Assembly: GCA_002440665.1 (NCBI GenBank)
Contig: DJUX01000005.1
Span: 78,846-142,845 of the forward strand
Reading direction: 5' to 3'
DNA from: Dechloromonas sp. UBA6271
GTDB taxonomy: Bacteria > Pseudomonadota > Gammaproteobacteria > Burkholderiales > Rhodocyclaceae
DNA: 64,000 nucleotides
Below, in pieces: positions 61,470 through 64,000 of the stretch; the stretch's first letter is position 1, and each line of letters begins with the position of its first letter. Position numbers and translations under genes: made by a program. The notes below the pieces were generated by a model. It did not search any database, was not told the DNA's origin, and worked only from the letters and a program-made list of their open reading frames with translations.

Positions 61470-62693
61470 TTACTGGTAGCGCAGCGCCTCGATCGGATCG
61501 AGTCGCGCGGCCTTGCGTGCCGGGTACCAGCCGAAGAAGATGCCGACGGTGGCGGCGACGGCAAAGGCGACCAGCGCGGCGCTGCCGGAGATGACGATGA
61601 CCATGCCGGTGAAGGCGTTGATCGCCAGCGCGACGCCGAGGCCGAGCACGAGACCGAGCAGGCAGCCGGCGAAGGAGATCATCACCGCTTCGAGCAGGAA
61701 CTGCGTCAGGATGTCCTTCTGGCGGGCGCCGATGGCCATGCGGATGCCGATTTCTCGGGTCCGCTCGGTGACCGACACCAGCATGATGTTCATGATGCCG
61801 ATGCCGCCGACCAGCAATGAAATGGAGGCGATGGCGCCGAGCAGGATGGACATCGTGCGCGTGGTTTCGGCTTCCGATTCCGCGGCGGCCGACAGGTTGC
61901 GCATGAAAAAATCGTCGGGCACGCCCTCGCGCAGGCGGTGGCGCTGGCGGAGCAGGCTGGTTACGTTATCCATGGTGCGCTGCATGGAATCGGCCGATTC
62001 GGCCTGCACCATGATCATGCGCACCGAGCCCAGGAAGGGGGTACCGAACACCTTGCGCTGGGCGGTGGACAGCGGAATGATCACGGTATCGTCCTGGTCA
62101 TTGCCGTCAAGGTTCTGGCCCTTGCTGCCAAGGACGCCGATGACGATGAACGGATTCTGCTGGATGCGCATGGTCTTGCCGACCGGGTCTTCGTCGCCAA
62201 ACAGGTTTTGCGCGGTAGTCTTGCCGAGCAGCGCGACACGCGTTGCCGAACGCACGTCGGAATCGCCGAAGGCGGCGCCGCTGGCGATCGTCCAGGCGCG
62301 GGCTTCGAGATAGGGCGGCGTCGTGCCGACGACGTTGGCGCTCCAGTTTTGCGAACCGTAGACCAGTTGCCGCCGGCCCTGATGCGTCGGCGCGACATTG
62401 ACGACGCCTTCGAGTTCGGCGATCGCCTCGCCGTCAGCGACGTTCAGTGTCGGCCCGCCGGCCGAGCCGCTGCGCACGCCGGCCGCGGTAAAAGAACCGG
62501 AGAGCACGATGAACAGATTGCTGCCCATCGTGCTGATGGTCTGCTGCACAGCGTATTGCGCGCCCTGGCCGATGGCCATCATGATGACGACGGCGCCGAC
62601 GCCGATCACCATGCCGAGCATGGTCAGCGCCGTGCGCAGACGGTTGGCGCCCATCGCCAGCCAGGCTTCGCCTAGCATCGCCTTGAGCATCAT
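61470..62693 (-). CDS. MacB/FtsX-family ABC transporter permease with periplasmic MacB_PCD domain
   Basis: ..ANRLRTALTMLGMVIGVGAVV.. N-terminal TM, a large periplasmic domain, and a C-terminal FtsX 3-TM bundle ending ..ARKAARLDPIEALRYQ. Confidence 0.88.
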   Translation of the reverse strand: MMLKAMLGEAWLAMGANRLRTALTMLGMVIGVGAVVIMMAIGQGAQYAVQQTISTMGSNLFIVLSGSFTAAGVRSGSAGGPTLNVADGEAIAELEGVVNVAPTHQGRRQLVYGSQNWSANVVGTTPPYLEARAWTIASGAAFGDSDVRSATRVALLGKTTAQNLFGDEDPVGKTMRIQQNPFIVIGVLGSKGQNLDGNDQDDTVIIPLSTAQRKVFGTPFLGSVRMIMVQAESADSMQRTMDNVTSLLRQRHRLREGVPDDFFMRNLSAAAESEAETTRTMSILLGAIASISLLVGGIGIMNIMLVSVTERTREIGIRMAIGARQKDILTQFLLEAVMISFAGCLLGLVLGLGVALAINAFTGMVIVISGSAALVAFAVAATVGIFFGWYPARKAARLDPIEALRYQ

Positions 62694-63391
62694 GCCGGCG
62701 CCGCCTCGGTAAGATGGTCGCTGACGATATGGCCGTCGAGAAAGCGCACCTGGCGCCTGGCATGGGTGGCGATATCGGGTTCGTGCGTGACGAGGACGAC
62801 GGTGATGCCTTCGCGGTTGAGTTCGCTGAAGAGTGTCATGATTTCCTCGCTGGTGTGGCTGTCGAGATTGCCGGTCGGCTCGTCGGCAAGAATCAGGTGC
62901 GGCTTGTTCACCAGCGCCCGGGCAATCGCCACCCGTTGCTGCTGGCCGCCGGAAATGCGGCTGGGCAATGAGTCGGCATATTTGCCGAGGCCGACCTTGT
63001 CGAGCATTTCACGGGCGGCGGCGCGCCGGGTTTCCTTGTCGGCGCCTGAATACACCAGCGGCAACGCGACGTTGTCCTGTAGGCTCATGCGCGGCAGCAG
63101 GTTGAAGCCCTGGAAGACAAAGCCGAGCGTGCGGTTGCGCAGGACCGCCAGGGCGTCCTTGTCCATGTGCGCCACATTCTGGCCGGCCAGAAAATAATCG
63201 CCCGAGGTCGGGGTATCGAGGCAGCCGAGCAGGTTCATGAAGGTCGACTTGCCGGAGCCGGAAGGTCCCATGATGGCGATGAACTCGCCCGGTCGAACTT
63301 CCAGATCGACGCCCTTCAATGCCGGAAACAGGCCAGCCGCCGTTTCGTAGGACTTGCCCAGCCCGACCACGCGGATGACCGGCTCCGTCAT
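62690..63391 (-). CDS. MacB/LolD-type ABC transporter ATP-binding protein
   Basis: GPSGSGKSTFMNLLG (Walker A), LSGGQQQRVAIARAL (signature), ILADEPTGNLD (Walker B). Confidence 0.92.
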   Translation of the reverse strand: MTEPVIRVVGLGKSYETAAGLFPALKGVDLEVRPGEFIAIMGPSGSGKSTFMNLLGCLDTPTSGDYFLAGQNVAHMDKDALAVLRNRTLGFVFQGFNLLPRMSLQDNVALPLVYSGADKETRRAAAREMLDKVGLGKYADSLPSRISGGQQQRVAIARALVNKPHLILADEPTGNLDSHTSEEIMTLFSELNREGITVVLVTHEPDIATHARRQVRFLDGHIVSDHLTEAAPA

Positions 63392-64000
63392 CAGAACATC
63401 CGCATGCCGACACTGGACGGCGGCTTGCTGCCGCTGCTGTTTTCGCCGATGACCACGCGGTCGCCCGCCTTCAGATCGCCGCCGATGACCTCGGTATTGC
63501 GGTTGTCGGTAATCCCGATCTGCACGCTGACCGGCCGGATTTCACCGCCGTCCAGCACGTGCACGGTGCCGCTCTGGGCGTCGCGCTTCTTGCCTTTCTT
63601 GTCGCCCGCGCTGCCGGGCGTACTGCCACTCATGCCGCCCCCGCTACCGGGGCCAGTTGCGGTCGACGCCGGTTTTTGGCCATTTTCCGGTTTCTTGTCA
63701 GCCGCGTCAGCCGGCTTGAAGCGTAGCGCCGCATTCGGCACCAACAGCACGTCACTGCGCTTCTGGACGCCGATATTGACGTAGGCCGTCATGCCCGGCA
63801 GCAGGACATGATCGGGATTGGCCACGGTTACCCGCACGTTGTAGGTGATGACATTCTGCTGGTTGGTCGGGTTCAGGCGAATCTGCTGCACCTCGCCGCT
63901 GAAACTGCGGTTGGGAAAGGCGTCGACCGTGAAGCGCGCCTTCTGTCCCTCGCGGATTTCGCCAATATCAGCCTCGGCGAAACTGGTGTCGATGCGCATT
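63391..64000 (-). CDS. MacA/HlyD-family membrane fusion (periplasmic adaptor) protein; 5' end beyond the window
   Basis: ..FTVDAFPNRSFSGEVQQIRLNPTNQQNVITYNVRVTVANPDHVLLPGMTAYVNI.. beta-barrel/MP domain, with a Gly/Ser/Lys-rich insertion before the C-terminal ..GDRVVIGE... Confidence 0.85.
   Translation of the reverse strand, partial: MRIDTSFAEADIGEIREGQKARFTVDAFPNRSFSGEVQQIRLNPTNQQNVITYNVRVTVANPDHVLLPGMTAYVNIGVQKRSDVLLVPNAALRFKPADAADKKPENGQKPASTATGPGSGGGMSGSTPGSAGDKKGKKRDAQSGTVHVLDGGEIRPVSVQIGITDNRNTEVIGGDLKAGDRVVIGENSSGSKPPSSVGMRMF

Overview
High-GC (about 63-65% by eye) proteobacterial chromosome. Gene content and order suggest a Rhodocyclales-type betaproteobacterium, but that is inference only. 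I saw no rRNA, tRNA, CRISPR array or intact mobile element. Left to right: (1) A minus-strand operon at 1-5752 encodes an R2-like diiron protein, an MmoC-type reductase, and a LivHMG-type ABC importer. Its LivF ATPase carries an in-frame N-terminal hemerythrin domain. (2) A complete aerobic phenylacetate (paa) cluster at 6.1-21.8 kb: paaN-G-H-I-K-J, an embedded solute-binding protein, paaABCDE, paaF, an extra crotonase, a thioesterase, an IclR regulator and paaY. (3) Housekeeping and repair genes at 21.9-31.7 kb: 2H phosphoesterase, ada, dGTPase-like, thioesterase, ETF-QO, fabI, ppiD, MocR-type regulator. (4) A small sensor-rich islet at 31.8-35.3 kb: DUF2917, bacteriohemerythrin, a strong LexA (SOS) box in front of a 53-aa ORF, a CZB-domain protein, and a single-pass membrane protein with a cytoplasmic TIR domain and a large periplasmic region. 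(5) purL. (6) A neutral-lipid storage cluster at 39.7-47.2 kb: Maqu_2507-type fatty acyl-CoA reductase, PhaF-like phasin, patatin lipase, TetR, WS/DGAT wax-ester synthase, acyl-CoA-binding protein, PHA-granule protein. (7) A cytochrome c4-like gene, regB/regA, and a Sco/PCuAC copper-chaperone operon divergent from a clade II (Sec-type) nos cluster, nosZ-c-c-nosB-D-G-H. That cluster ends at a decayed IS3-like transposase remnant, and I do not see nosF/Y/L. (8) Acylphosphatase and a MacAB-type efflux operon. The observations I consider most worth follow-up are the hemerythrin-LivF fusion with its R2-like oxygenase module, the TIR-TM-periplasmic protein, the SOS-box small ORF, the nearly identical RegA-type boxes at the regB and nosZ promoters, the apparently truncated nos cluster, and a recurrent REP-like GTCGAC palindrome. 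All family assignments come from reading motifs in the translations. No database search was run.
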